DNA from: Candidatus Saccharimonadia bacterium
GTDB lineage: Bacteria; Patescibacteriota; Saccharimonadia; UBA4664; SCTI01
DNA: 64,000 nt
Direction of reading: 5' to 3'
Assembly (NCBI GenBank): GCA_046597065.1
Contig: JBKJLI010000003.1
Span: forward strand, 290,841 to 354,840
How positions within the stretch are numbered: the stretch's first letter is position 1; each line of letters starts with the position of its first letter. The position numbers and the translations under genes are program-made. Of the stretch, positions 47,431 to 57,405 are shown in pieces. The notes beneath the pieces were generated by a model. The model worked only from the letters and a program-made list of their open reading frames with translations. It made no database searches and was not told the origin of the DNA.

Positions 47431-48657
47431 ATGATTGATCTAAGGCAGCTACGAGCTAACCCCGAACCATACCAGACCTCAGCCAAACTACGAGGCATAA
47501 AGGTTGATATCGAAAAACTACTCAAACTTGATGCCGAGCGCCCAAACCTGCTTGCAACTGTTGAGGCTCTGCGGGCTAAATTAAACGTTAAGGGTAAGCC
47601 GTCTGTCGCCGAACTTAAGGATCTACAGGCAGCCAAGGCCGAGTTAGCGCCTCTTGAAGTTAAGTTGCAAAAACTTGAAGCTGAATTGGCCGACTTGGCT
47701 AGCCAGTTGCCGAATTTGATGGCCGATGGTACTCCCGAAGGTGGCGAGGAGCATAATCACCAAGAGCGCCGCTGGGGTAAGGCCGAAATTAACCCACAGG
47801 CCAAAGATCACTTAACACTGGCCGAAACCAACGACTGGGTCGATTTTGAGCGTGGCGCCAAGGTGGCCGGTTCTAAGTTTTACTTCACCAAAGGTGCGGC
47901 TGTCCGATTAGAAATGAGCGTGGTTAGGATGGGGATGGATTTGCTCGAAAAGTCTGGGTTTACCTTAATGGGGGTGCCTCACCTGGCAAATGCCGTCACC
48001 ATGAACGGCACAGGGTTTAACCCACGTGGAGAGGAAAAGCAGATTTATGAGATTAAGGATCAAGATCTTAATTTGATAGCTACAGCCGAAATCCCACTGA
48101 CCGGCTATCATGCCGGCGAAATAATCGATCCAGCTAAATTGCCCTTACTATACGTTGGCTATAGCCCCAGCTACCGACTAGAGGCCGGTGCCTATGGCAA
48201 ATACAGTAAGGGTCTATACCGGGTGCATCAGTTTAACAAGTTAGAAATGTACGTTTACTGCCAGCCGGCAGACAGCGAAAAGTGGCATCAAAAGTTGGTC
48301 GAGATCGAAGAAGATATCTGTAAACAGCTTGAGATCCCATATCGGGTGGTTAGGATCGCATCAGGAGACCTGGGCGGCCCCGCTTACAAAAAGTACGATA
48401 TCGAGTACTGGAGTCCAGTTGAGGGCGAGTATCGTGAGCTGATGAGCTGCTCTAATGTTACCGACTACCAAGCCCGCCGTCTTAGCATTCGTACTCGTGC
48501 AAAAGATGGCTCCACCGAGTTTTTACATACCCTAAATGGAACCGCTATGGCCACCAGTAGGATATTTATCGCCTTACTCGAAAATCACCAAACTGTAGAC
48601 GGAAAAGTTAAGCTACCTAAGGCTTTGCAAACTTATTATGGAGGAGAGCATCTATGA
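47431..48657 (+). CDS. serS: Seryl-tRNA synthetase
   Basis: N-terminal coiled-coil arm plus a class II core. The -10 element TATAAT lies 9 nt before the ATG, so the mRNA is likely leaderless. Confidence 0.9.
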   Translation: MIDLRQLRANPEPYQTSAKLRGIKVDIEKLLKLDAERPNLLATVEALRAKLNVKGKPSVAELKDLQAAKAELAPLEVKLQKLEAELADLASQLPNLMADGTPEGGEEHNHQERRWGKAEINPQAKDHLTLAETNDWVDFERGAKVAGSKFYFTKGAAVRLEMSVVRMGMDLLEKSGFTLMGVPHLANAVTMNGTGFNPRGEEKQIYEIKDQDLNLIATAEIPLTGYHAGEIIDPAKLPLLYVGYSPSYRLEAGAYGKYSKGLYRVHQFNKLEMYVYCQPADSEKWHQKLVEIEEDICKQLEIPYRVVRIASGDLGGPAYKKYDIEYWSPVEGEYRELMSCSNVTDYQARRLSIRTRAKDGSTEFLHTLNGTAMATSRIFIALLENHQTVDGKVKLPKALQTYYGGEHL

Positions 48658-49022
48658 TTTCACTACAAGTCACCGGTCGACATTTTGAGGTTGATGACAA
48701 AATTGCTGAGTATCTTGATAAGAAGATCGGTAATTTAGATAAGTATTTGCCAAAAAAAGTTTTACCGACGTATTGCGGAGTGATGCTGGCTGTTGATGGA
48801 TCAAACAAAGAAGGTAACGCTAACACTTGCGAAGTAATAATTGATATTCCCGGTGAGCGCTTTCAAGCTACCGAGGCTACTGGCAACATGTACGCAGCCA
48901 TTGATATCTGCGAAGAAAAGTTGAAACATCAGATAAGCCGGTACAAAGATAAGCATGACCCAGCGCGTAATCGTGGACGACGCATAATTGGGAAGCTGTT
49001 CCAGCCCTCCGAAGAAGAATAG
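48654..49022 (+). CDS. hpf: Ribosome hibernation promoting factor (short HPF/RaiA)
   Basis: 122 aa sigma-54-modulation-protein fold. Confidence 0.8.
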   Translation: MISLQVTGRHFEVDDKIAEYLDKKIGNLDKYLPKKVLPTYCGVMLAVDGSNKEGNANTCEVIIDIPGERFQATEATGNMYAAIDICEEKLKHQISRYKDKHDPARNRGRRIIGKLFQPSEEE

Positions 49023-49067
49023 GCCTGTCGTTATCTCGATCTGTAAATATGCTAAAATAATCAGGTT

Positions 49068-51647
49068 ATGAATCTGAAAAAAAGCCTAGATAAACTGTTT
49101 GGCGACATCAGCAAGCGCGAGGTCACTAAGGCTCGCCGACTGGTAGAGCAGGCTAACGCGCTCGAAGCCAGCATTAAAAAGCTAACCGATGCCAAGCTAA
49201 AGGCGCGTACGGTTGAGCTAAAGCAGCGGGTAGAGCAGGGAGAAGAGCTCGACAACCTGTTGCCCGAGGCATTCGCAACTGTGCGCGAAGCGGCTCAGCG
49301 AGTAATTGGCCAACGTCACTACGACGTCCAGTTGGTTGGTGGGATAGTTTTACACGATGGCAACATCGCTGAAATGCGCACCGGAGAGGGTAAAACCCTA
49401 GTGGCTACCGCCCCAACTTACCTAAACGCATTGACTGGTAAAGGCGTTCACGTGGTAACAGTAAACGATTATTTAGCGCGGCGTGATGCCGGCTGGATGG
49501 CACAGATTTACCACGCCCTGGGATTAACCACTGGAGTGATCGTGCCCGAAGCCACTTTTGGTGTATCTGCCTATCTGTTCGATCCCGAATTTAATGACGA
49601 GTCGGCCGATGACGATCGTCTGCGTCATCTTCGCCCTGTGCCTCGAGCCGAGGCATATGCTGCCGATATCACTTATGGCACCAACAACGAGTTTGGTTTT
49701 GATTATCTACGCGACAACATGGTTTCGGATGCCGGCCAGATGGTGCAGCGTCCGTTGAATTATGCGATTGTTGATGAGGTTGACTCGATTTTGATTGATG
49801 AGGCCCGCACTCCCTTAATTATTAGTGCACCAGCCGAGGAAAGTACCGATAAGTACAACCAGTTTGCCAAGCTTGCCCACGCTCTTACGCCGGAGGCCGA
49901 TTATACGGTAGATGAAAAAGACCGAGCCGTAAGTTTAACCGAGGAAGGTATCGCTAAGCTCGAAAAAGCCTTAGGCGTCGAAAACATCTACGAATCGGGA
50001 GGCATAGAGGATATTCACCATGTCGAGCAGAGCTTAAAGGCCGAGGCGGTTTACAAACGCGACCGCGACTACGTGGTTCGTGATGGTGAGGTCTTGATTG
50101 TTGATGAGTTCACTGGCCGGTTGCTGCAGGGTAGACGCTATAGCGATGGGCTGCATCAGGCTATCGAAGCCAAAGAAGGTGTACACATTCGCCAGGAATC
50201 ACTAACCCTTGCTACCATCACCTTTCAGAACTACTTTCGGTTATACGCAAAGCTGGCTGGTATGACCGGTACAGCCGAAACCGAAAAAGAAGAGTTCTTT
50301 AAGATTTACCAGCTAGAAGTCGTAATTGTACCAACCCATATGCCGATGATCAGAGAAGACCATGCCGATCGTATTTATCGCAGCGAGATGGGGAAGTTTC
50401 AGGCAGTCGCAAACGAGATTGCCAACCGGAATAAAACCGGCCAACCGGTACTGGTAGGGAGTGCTTCGATCGAAAAAAACGAGCTGCTTAGCCAGATATT
50501 GGGCCAAATGCGCGTAAAGCATGAGATTTTAAACGCTAAGAACAACCAGCAGGAGGCGGCAATTGTGGCTCGGGCTGGTCAAAAAAGCGCCATTACGCTG
50601 GCCACCAACATTGCCGGCCGCGGCACCGATATTGTTTTGGGCGAAGGCGTTACTAATTTGGGGGGCCTGCACGTGATTGGTACTGAGCGTAACGAATCGC
50701 GCCGCATTGATAACCAGTTGCGCGGCCGTGCCGGACGTCAGGGCGACCCCGGCTCCAGCCAGTTTTTTGTTTCACTCGAAGACGATCTGATGCGTATCTT
50801 TGGAGGGGACCGCGTTACTGGTTTGCTGGCCGCTTTGGGGCTTAACGACGACGCACCCCTAGAAAACCCTACTGTTAGCCGCTCACTCGAAAATGCCCAG
50901 AAAAAGGTGGAGGGCCACAACTTTGATATCCGCAAACAGGTGGTGGATTTCGATGACGTCATGAACCGGCACCGTGAGGCAGTTTACGGTCGACGTCGCC
51001 GAGCCATGGAAAATGCCAATTTGCGTTCAGATGTGGAAAAGATGCTCGATACGGAGTTCGATAACCTGGTAGTAACCCATACCGATACCCGAACAGGGGT
51101 TACCGAGATCGATCAGATCATTGAATCTGCCAGTGCCATTATGCCTGTAGAGCCGGCTTTAGTAGATAAACTTAAGCAAACTGACCCCCGCGATCTGTCA
51201 GACACACTCAAAGAGTATGCGCGCGATCTATATAGCGCACGGGAACAGCAGTTTAGCCCAGATGCAACCAGGGTAATGGAGCGATTGGTTTATTTACAGA
51301 TTCTTGATCGACTATGGATTGAGCACCTAGAGGCTATGGAGCGGTTGCGCGAGGGGATTGGTTTGCGCTCAATTGGTCAGCGCGATCCGTTGGTTGAGTA
51401 CAAGAGTGAGGGTTTCAAGCTATTTAAACGCTTACTACAACTACTAGATGCCGAGATTGCCGGCACCATCTTTAGAGTTTCAATAACTCAAGAGCCTACA
51501 CCTGCACCGGTAGAGACGGCCGTTACCAAAGCTGCCGCCCATGCCAATGTGTTAGCAGATACCAGTCAGGCAGGGAGTGATGGAGCTGTAGGTGTAAACC
51601 GAGCTGATCGTAGAGCCTCCAAAAAGGCCCGTAAGCGACGGCGCTGA
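49068..51647 (+). CDS. secA: Preprotein translocase ATPase SecA
   Basis: 859 aa with DEAD-like motor motifs. Confidence 0.95.
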   Translation: MNLKKSLDKLFGDISKREVTKARRLVEQANALEASIKKLTDAKLKARTVELKQRVEQGEELDNLLPEAFATVREAAQRVIGQRHYDVQLVGGIVLHDGNIAEMRTGEGKTLVATAPTYLNALTGKGVHVVTVNDYLARRDAGWMAQIYHALGLTTGVIVPEATFGVSAYLFDPEFNDESADDDRLRHLRPVPRAEAYAADITYGTNNEFGFDYLRDNMVSDAGQMVQRPLNYAIVDEVDSILIDEARTPLIISAPAEESTDKYNQFAKLAHALTPEADYTVDEKDRAVSLTEEGIAKLEKALGVENIYESGGIEDIHHVEQSLKAEAVYKRDRDYVVRDGEVLIVDEFTGRLLQGRRYSDGLHQAIEAKEGVHIRQESLTLATITFQNYFRLYAKLAGMTGTAETEKEEFFKIYQLEVVIVPTHMPMIREDHADRIYRSEMGKFQAVANEIANRNKTGQPVLVGSASIEKNELLSQILGQMRVKHEILNAKNNQQEAAIVARAGQKSAITLATNIAGRGTDIVLGEGVTNLGGLHVIGTERNESRRIDNQLRGRAGRQGDPGSSQFFVSLEDDLMRIFGGDRVTGLLAALGLNDDAPLENPTVSRSLENAQKKVEGHNFDIRKQVVDFDDVMNRHREAVYGRRRRAMENANLRSDVEKMLDTEFDNLVVTHTDTRTGVTEIDQIIESASAIMPVEPALVDKLKQTDPRDLSDTLKEYARDLYSAREQQFSPDATRVMERLVYLQILDRLWIEHLEAMERLREGIGLRSIGQRDPLVEYKSEGFKLFKRLLQLLDAEIAGTIFRVSITQEPTPAPVETAVTKAAAHANVLADTSQAGSDGAVGVNRADRRASKKARKRRR

Positions 51648-51742
51648 TCCAATTATTCTATAATCATTAGAACTTTATACAATTATCAACTGTCAGATTA
51701 ACCAATCTGAGTGTAAACGTTAGAATTATCACCTATAAACTA

Positions 51743-51771
51743 TTGACAAATAACACAATTAATGCTATATT
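51743..51771 (+). promoter_or_regulatory. Strong sigma70-like promoter: TTGACA, 17 nt spacer, TATATT
   Basis: Consensus -35 element, 17 nt spacer and a good -10 element in an AT-rich intergenic region. Confidence 0.5.
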
Positions 51772-51777
51772 AGCTCA

Positions 51778-51990
51778 TTCACTCTGAATGGGTGTTGAGG
51801 CGGATTCAGAAAGTCTGCTTGGACACACTTCACCGAGAGGATCGTTGACAAGCTGGATAGTCATGGGTCGCTTAAGATCCATGCGACTACTTTAAATATT
51901 GAGAGTTACAGCTTAGGGTTTTGACCTTATGGGCAACACTCTGCAAATGTACCCGTGCCGCCCACGGTACATTTGCAGGTTGTTGTTTGT
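51778..51990 (+). ncRNA. Candidate ~210 nt non-coding RNA or attenuator leader, running from the predicted TSS to a strong intrinsic terminator
   Basis: The promoter above is followed ~165 nt later by a 16 bp stem (ctgcaaatgtacc-c-gtg / cacggtacatttgcag, one bulge) and ttgttgtttgt. It contains internal hairpins and only a 34-codon ORF with no SD. Confidence 0.35.
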
Positions 51991-52125
51991 AAGCGTTGAA
52001 ACACAAAGGCCACGTGCTTTCAACTTAACCCCGTTCATCCAGAAAGGATGATGCCTCGTGGCAACTGACAGCAGGATGGTCGGGGGAAACTTCCTGGCCA
52101 CAACGACCACCAAGGAGAAGTGACG

Positions 52126-53355
52126 ATGCGCTCCATGCTCATCAAGCTGTTCCTGGTCGCGCTCGTCGCGGCCATCTTCACCATCCCGGCAGTGGCCTCG
52201 GCCGCTTCCACGGCACCGGTCGCTCACGCGGCTTCGTCGTACTGCGGCCCCCCGGCCATGAACAAGACCCAGTGGGTTTCGTTCTGGAGAGACCATCCGA
52301 ACTCGTCGCTCACCAAGAGCTTCGAACGGCTGGTCCGAGCGGACGCCAAGCACACCCACATCAAGAAGGATCAGACCTTCTTGTCGTGGGCTCAGTCCCC
52401 GAACATCAAGATCGTCAGGACACCGCCTGGCTACAGGCTGGATTCCAACACCTATTGCCCTGGTGGGCAGTACCAGCCGTATCCAGATCTCCTGGGCTAC
52501 GGCAACCAACTCACGCCTTCATGGTGTGAGGGTGGCGCGAAGCCGTCCACGACGGTGACGAAGGTGCAAAAGCGTGGCAAGTGGTACTACAAGTACACCA
52601 CCACTGTCACTGAGTCCTGCGCGCCTCTCGCCAAGGGATACTGCCGCAACCGGGCGACTGGGAAGTCGTTCAAGGTCGTCAAGCGCAAGGTGACGTATAA
52701 GCGCATCAAGCACAAGACGCCCAAGTGCGGCTGCAAGCCCAAGCCCAAGCCGCCGCCTGCACAGGTCAACTACTGCCCCAACGGTTCGCCGGTGGTCAGC
52801 GGTGTTGCCTGTGTCAATCAGTCTCAAGCCCAGGAGGTCAAGCAGGACTGCAAGGGTCCGAACGTTGACAGCACTCAGTGCATCAGCATTCAGATCCAGC
52901 AGCAGATCGTGTGCGGCAACGGCACGATCATCATCGGGAGCAGTACCACGACGTCGACCACTGGTGACCAGTGCAACACGGTCATCGTGGTGCCACCCCC
53001 GCCGCCGCCGGTCTGCATCCCGCCGACCACCGGTACGTACCCGAACTGTCAGGTTCCCACCTGTCCGGCGGGCACAACCGGTACCTACCCGGTCTGCAAT
53101 GCTCCGGCGGTTTGCCCCGCTGGTGACCTGCAGGCAACCGACACCACCTTGAGTGGCTTCGGTTACCGTACTGGTGACTTTCTCGGCATTGCCGGGGGGT
53201 ATTTCCAGTACTACGTTCGGGCTGATGGTTCGGGCAAGCTGTTCTTTGCGAAGGATTACACCTCGGTGCAGTCCAGTTACACGAACGGCAGCCCGATCTG
53301 TGGCAAGGCCAACCCGGCCGGCCCCGGAGGCACACCGCCTCCGCCGTCGCCGTAG
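52126..53355 (+). CDS. Secreted Cys-rich, Pro-rich protein encoded in a high-G+C island
   Basis: SD sequence aaggag lies 8 nt before the ATG. It has a signal peptide, many Cys residues, a PPPPPPP linker and strong GC3 bias. Antisense ORFs here are artefacts of the G+C content. Confidence 0.55.
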   Translation: MRSMLIKLFLVALVAAIFTIPAVASAASTAPVAHAASSYCGPPAMNKTQWVSFWRDHPNSSLTKSFERLVRADAKHTHIKKDQTFLSWAQSPNIKIVRTPPGYRLDSNTYCPGGQYQPYPDLLGYGNQLTPSWCEGGAKPSTTVTKVQKRGKWYYKYTTTVTESCAPLAKGYCRNRATGKSFKVVKRKVTYKRIKHKTPKCGCKPKPKPPPAQVNYCPNGSPVVSGVACVNQSQAQEVKQDCKGPNVDSTQCISIQIQQQIVCGNGTIIIGSSTTTSTTGDQCNTVIVVPPPPPPVCIPPTTGTYPNCQVPTCPAGTTGTYPVCNAPAVCPAGDLQATDTTLSGFGYRTGDFLGIAGGYFQYYVRADGSGKLFFAKDYTSVQSSYTNGSPICGKANPAGPGGTPPPPSP

Positions 53356-53397
53356 GGCAGAAGCAGAAGTAGTCGCGCTCCGAAAGGAGTAACGGTT

Positions 53398-53424
53398 GGG
53401 GGTCGAGCTTTTAGCTCGACCCCC
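53398..53424 (+). terminator. GC-rich hairpin (gggggtcgagc / gctcgaccccc) after the Cys-rich gene
   Basis: Perfect 11 bp inverted repeat with no strong T-tract. Confidence 0.4.
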
Positions 53425-53591
53425 GCCGTACCACTTGTTACTCATGACTATCCAGTTTGCTGATCCCTCACATGAGGTGGTTCTTTAACAATTTAAGCTA
53501 CTGATTAACAAATTTACGAACCCAACCTGTGAATTAAATTAACAAACTCATACTTGTCGGCGCTAATGTCGACTTGAGAGGAGAGTAAACC

Positions 53592-54422
53592 ATGAAACTT
53601 ACCAAGACTCGAATAGCTGCTGCTGTTGCCACTAGTGCAATTGCAGTTGCGCTTCCAATCGCTGCTTTAGCGGCTTTTGGTCCCGATCGTCAAACCTATG
53701 TCTGTGGCCAGGCTGGCATCTGCCAGGGTGCTGACCACGTTCAGTTTGACTCTTTTACCAATAACCCAAGCTACGATCAGCATGATGAGCGTAACTTCTT
53801 AACCATTCGTCCGGCTGCCGGAGGTGCTTACACCGATGTGCAGACCCTAACGGTTGGTCAAGAGTATGTCGTTCGTGCTTACGTACACAACAATGCCGAT
53901 CCAGCGTTAACCAACACACCCAGCGATTACACCGCCGAAAACACCGCCTTTAAGGTGGCAATTCCTAGCGAAGTAAACGGTGACGCGTTGGTTACCGGTA
54001 CCATTTCAGCTTCAAACGCTCAGCCAGGTAGTGTTTATGACACTGTTAGCCTAAAGAGTGGTGAAAAGCTAAAGCTAAACTACGTGGCCGGTTCGGCCAA
54101 GTGGACCAGCAATGGTGCTTCTAACGGTGCTGCTTTAAGCGACAACGTTTTAACTAGTGGCGCTTTACTTGGTTACGATAGCCTAAACGGTGAACTACCA
54201 GGATGCTTCGGCTTTTCCGGTTATGTCAGCCTAAAGGTTAAGGCCGAGAAAATCGAAACTCCAGTAACCCCACCCGTTACTACCACCCCAACTGCCTTAC
54301 CGCAGACAGGTGCTGAAGCCGCCGGCCTAGCCGGTGTCGCCGGAACCGGTGTTGTTGGTTACGCTGCTATGGCTTATCGCCGCAGCAAGCGTGCCCTCGC
54401 TACCGCCATCCGCAACAAGTAA
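53592..54422 (+). CDS. LPXTG-anchored cell-wall surface protein (sortase substrate)
   Basis: Signal peptide, then an LPQTG motif followed by a hydrophobic stretch and an RRSKR tail. Confidence 0.8.
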   Translation: MKLTKTRIAAAVATSAIAVALPIAALAAFGPDRQTYVCGQAGICQGADHVQFDSFTNNPSYDQHDERNFLTIRPAAGGAYTDVQTLTVGQEYVVRAYVHNNADPALTNTPSDYTAENTAFKVAIPSEVNGDALVTGTISASNAQPGSVYDTVSLKSGEKLKLNYVAGSAKWTSNGASNGAALSDNVLTSGALLGYDSLNGELPGCFGFSGYVSLKVKAEKIETPVTPPVTTTPTALPQTGAEAAGLAGVAGTGVVGYAAMAYRRSKRALATAIRNK

Positions 54423-54604
54423 GTTTGATTTCAGTAGCTTTTAGTTAACCGACTAGAGTCGCGGGCCATTGCGGCCCGTAACTCTTAGTTGGCGCCTGTC
54501 GCTAAAACTTCAGGCCGCAAGCAGCCCCGCCTCTATGCATTCGTGCGCAGAAGCCAGGGGCTTTTTGCGTTTAAAAATGGTATTTTCAGGTATAATTGAG
54601 CCCA

Positions 54605-55693
54605 ATGCAAACGCTACAAAAACAGTTAAATGAACTAAAAACACGGGTCGAAGACGCAATGTCACGGCTTAAATTGAGCGATACTCAAGCCGAGCTCGAA
54701 CAGCTTGATGTCAAAATGGCTCAACCCGATTTTTGGGATGACCCAAATAAGGCCGCTGCCGAAAGTAAGCAAGCTTCTGCGTTGCGCAACCACATTGATA
54801 GTTGGGTGCAGTTGCACAAAGACGTAGCGGTGGCTGGTGAGCTGGCCGATTTGGGAGATGAGTCGATGCAAGCCGACATCGAGGTTAACTTTCAGCGCTT
54901 AAAAACCCAGTACGAATCCAAAGAGTTTGAGCTAAAACTTTCGGGTGAGTACGACCGTGGCAGTGCTATTTTGTCGATTTATGCCGGTACCGGCGGTACT
55001 GACGCTCAAGACTGGGCCGAAATGCTCTTGCGAATGTACTTACGTTTTACAGAGGCTAATGGCTGGCAAGCTGAGGTTGTCGACCGCTCAGATGGCGAAG
55101 AGGCCGGAATTAAAAGCGTAACGGTCGAAATTGTTGGTGCTTACGTCTATGGCAAACTAAAAAGTGAAAAGGGGGTGCACCGGCTGGTACGCCTGAGCCC
55201 GTTTAACTCCGACAACTTACGCCAAACTAGCTTTGCGATGGTCGACATTATGCCGCAACTGGATCATCCCGAGGAGTTTGAGATAGATGAAAGCGATTTG
55301 CGCATAGATGTATACCGCGCCGGCGGCCATGGTGGACAGAGCGTTAATACCACCGACAGCGCAGTACGCATTACTCACATCCCAACCAATACCGTGGTGG
55401 CAATTCAGAATGAGCGTTCGCAACTACAAAACAAAGAAAAGGCACTAGCAATCTTAAAAGCTAGACTTAACGTTTTAATGATTGAACAACAAAAGGCTGA
55501 GCTCAGCGAGTTACGCGGCGCACCGCAGTCGGCCGATTGGGGCAGTCAAATCCGCAGTTATGTTCTGCACCCTTACGCAAAAGTAAAAGATCATCGCACC
55601 GGGCATGAAACCAACGCCGCCCAAGCTGTACTTGATGGCGAAATTGAGCCTTTTATAGATGCCTATCTACAGGATCAAATCGGTAAATCCTAG
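54605..55693 (+). CDS. prfB: Peptide chain release factor 2 (contiguous ORF, no programmed frameshift)
   Basis: SPF and GGQ motifs. The -10 element TATAAT at 54583-54588 places the ATG at 54605 as a near-leaderless start. The track ORF starts at TTG 54596. Confidence 0.85.
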   Translation: MQTLQKQLNELKTRVEDAMSRLKLSDTQAELEQLDVKMAQPDFWDDPNKAAAESKQASALRNHIDSWVQLHKDVAVAGELADLGDESMQADIEVNFQRLKTQYESKEFELKLSGEYDRGSAILSIYAGTGGTDAQDWAEMLLRMYLRFTEANGWQAEVVDRSDGEEAGIKSVTVEIVGAYVYGKLKSEKGVHRLVRLSPFNSDNLRQTSFAMVDIMPQLDHPEEFEIDESDLRIDVYRAGGHGGQSVNTTDSAVRITHIPTNTVVAIQNERSQLQNKEKALAILKARLNVLMIEQQKAELSELRGAPQSADWGSQIRSYVLHPYAKVKDHRTGHETNAAQAVLDGEIEPFIDAYLQDQIGKS

Positions 55694-55751
55694 ATTGATC
55701 AAACTTATGCTTAGGCTTTCGGGTCGTTGCGATGGATGCTAAAATAGCCAG

Positions 55752-56432
55752 GTGATTTTATTCGATCGCGTAACTAAGATGTACCCCAATAAGTCGATAG
55801 CGCTTAGCGGGTTAAATCTGCATATTCAGCCCAAAGAGTTTGTAACGATTGTTGGTGCCAGTGGCGCCGGTAAGTCAACCTTAATCAAACTGCTAACTCG
55901 TGAAGAGGTACAGTCTTCGGGCAAGATCATTGTGGGCGGCTTAGATTACGACACCATTATTTATAAGAACATCCCACATTTGCGTCGGCGCATTGGGGTG
56001 GTCTTTCAAGATTTTAAATTGCTGCAAAACCGCAACGTATATGAAAACGTATCATTTGCCTTAGAAGTGGCCGGCGCTCCAAACCGCGAAATTAAACGGG
56101 CCGTACCTAGGGTACTTCAGATGGTTGGATTGACCGGCAAAGAAAAGAATTTCCCCGCCGAGCTTTCGGGTGGTGAGCGCCAGCGCGTTGCCATCGCCCG
56201 GGCATTGGTGCGTCAGCCCAAAATATTAATTGCCGATGAGCCTACTGGCAACCTGGATCCTAAAAATGCCTGGGAGATCATTGACCTGCTTCTTAAGATT
56301 AATCGCTTTGGGACGACTGTTCTCTTAACTACTCACAATAAAGAAATCGTTAACGCCTTAAAGCGTCGCGTAGTAACGATTCAACGCGGACGGATTATTA
56401 AGGATGAAGAGCAGGGGAGGTACGCCCTGTAA
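55752..56432 (+). CDS. ftsE: Cell-division ABC ATPase FtsE
   Basis: Walker A GASGAGKST and the signature LSGGERQR. Confidence 0.9.
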   Translation: MILFDRVTKMYPNKSIALSGLNLHIQPKEFVTIVGASGAGKSTLIKLLTREEVQSSGKIIVGGLDYDTIIYKNIPHLRRRIGVVFQDFKLLQNRNVYENVSFALEVAGAPNREIKRAVPRVLQMVGLTGKEKNFPAELSGGERQRVAIARALVRQPKILIADEPTGNLDPKNAWEIIDLLLKINRFGTTVLLTTHNKEIVNALKRRVVTIQRGRIIKDEEQGRYAL

Positions 56433-57349
56433 TGTTGGTAACAACTGCCCGGATAACTAAAACCGGCCTGCGTAACTTTGTACGAAACGCCTGGCTGAGC
56501 ACCGCTGCAACGGCAGTGATGACGGTTACCCTGTCGCTCGTTGCAATCTCATATATCGCCAATGTGGCACTGACGTCGACAATTAAAAGTGTGGTTCAAA
56601 AGATTGATGTATCGATTTATCTAAAAGACGCCGATACCCCAGATCAGATCAACGCCCTTAAGGCAAAGCTGGAACAGCTGCCGAACGTACAAGAGGTCAA
56701 GCTGGTAAGCAAAACCGACGCCTTAGCCGAGTTTCGCCGTCAAAATGCTGATAATCCTAAATTACTATCTGGTATCTCTGAAACCGACAACCCTTTGCCA
56801 GCCAGCTTGCAAGTAAAAGCTAAAGACCCCAATAAGCTAACACCGATAACCGACCTAGCAGCGCAATCAGACGTAAAGCCGCTGCTAACCGAACGTGATG
56901 CAGTCAGCTATACCGGTGATCGTAAGGCAACAATTGATAAGATCATCCAGACATCCAACTTTTTTAAAGCTACCGGTGTCGTGGCTTCACTGATATTTGT
57001 AGTCATCTCCACCTTAATTATTTTCAACACCATTCGGATGGCCATTTTTACCCGCCGCGAAGAAATTGAAATTATGAAGCTGGTAGGGGCAACCAGCTGG
57101 TATATCCGAGGACCTTTCATTTTTGAAGCCAGCCTCTACGGCTTCATTGCGGCGATTGTAGCCATGGTTTTCATCTATACAATAGTGCTTAGTGGTGCAC
57201 CAAAGCTGAATAACTATATTGATACCAACACCATAGTAAACCTGTTGCGAGATCACATATGGCTGGTCGGGTTTGCGATGTTCTTAGTTGGAATCTCGAT
57301 CGGAGCCATTAGCAGTCTGGTGGCGCTAAAGCGGTATTTAAAGTTATAA
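56432..57349 (+). CDS. ftsX: Cell-division ABC permease-like FtsX
   Basis: Large extracellular loop followed by four TM helices, coupled to ftsE. Confidence 0.85.
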   Translation: MLVTTARITKTGLRNFVRNAWLSTAATAVMTVTLSLVAISYIANVALTSTIKSVVQKIDVSIYLKDADTPDQINALKAKLEQLPNVQEVKLVSKTDALAEFRRQNADNPKLLSGISETDNPLPASLQVKAKDPNKLTPITDLAAQSDVKPLLTERDAVSYTGDRKATIDKIIQTSNFFKATGVVASLIFVVISTLIIFNTIRMAIFTRREEIEIMKLVGATSWYIRGPFIFEASLYGFIAAIVAMVFIYTIVLSGAPKLNNYIDTNTIVNLLRDHIWLVGFAMFLVGISIGAISSLVALKRYLKL

Positions 57350-57405
57350 GATCTTGATAGTCGGCCATTGACTTACAGGTGACGTAAGCGGTATAGTTAG
57401 AACAA

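Noticed and set aside
54596-55693. Expected +1 programmed frameshift site in prfB
   Set aside because: The RF2 ORF is contiguous from the start, and no in-frame early stop or CUU UGA-type shift site is present. This locus appears to lack the autoregulatory frameshift.
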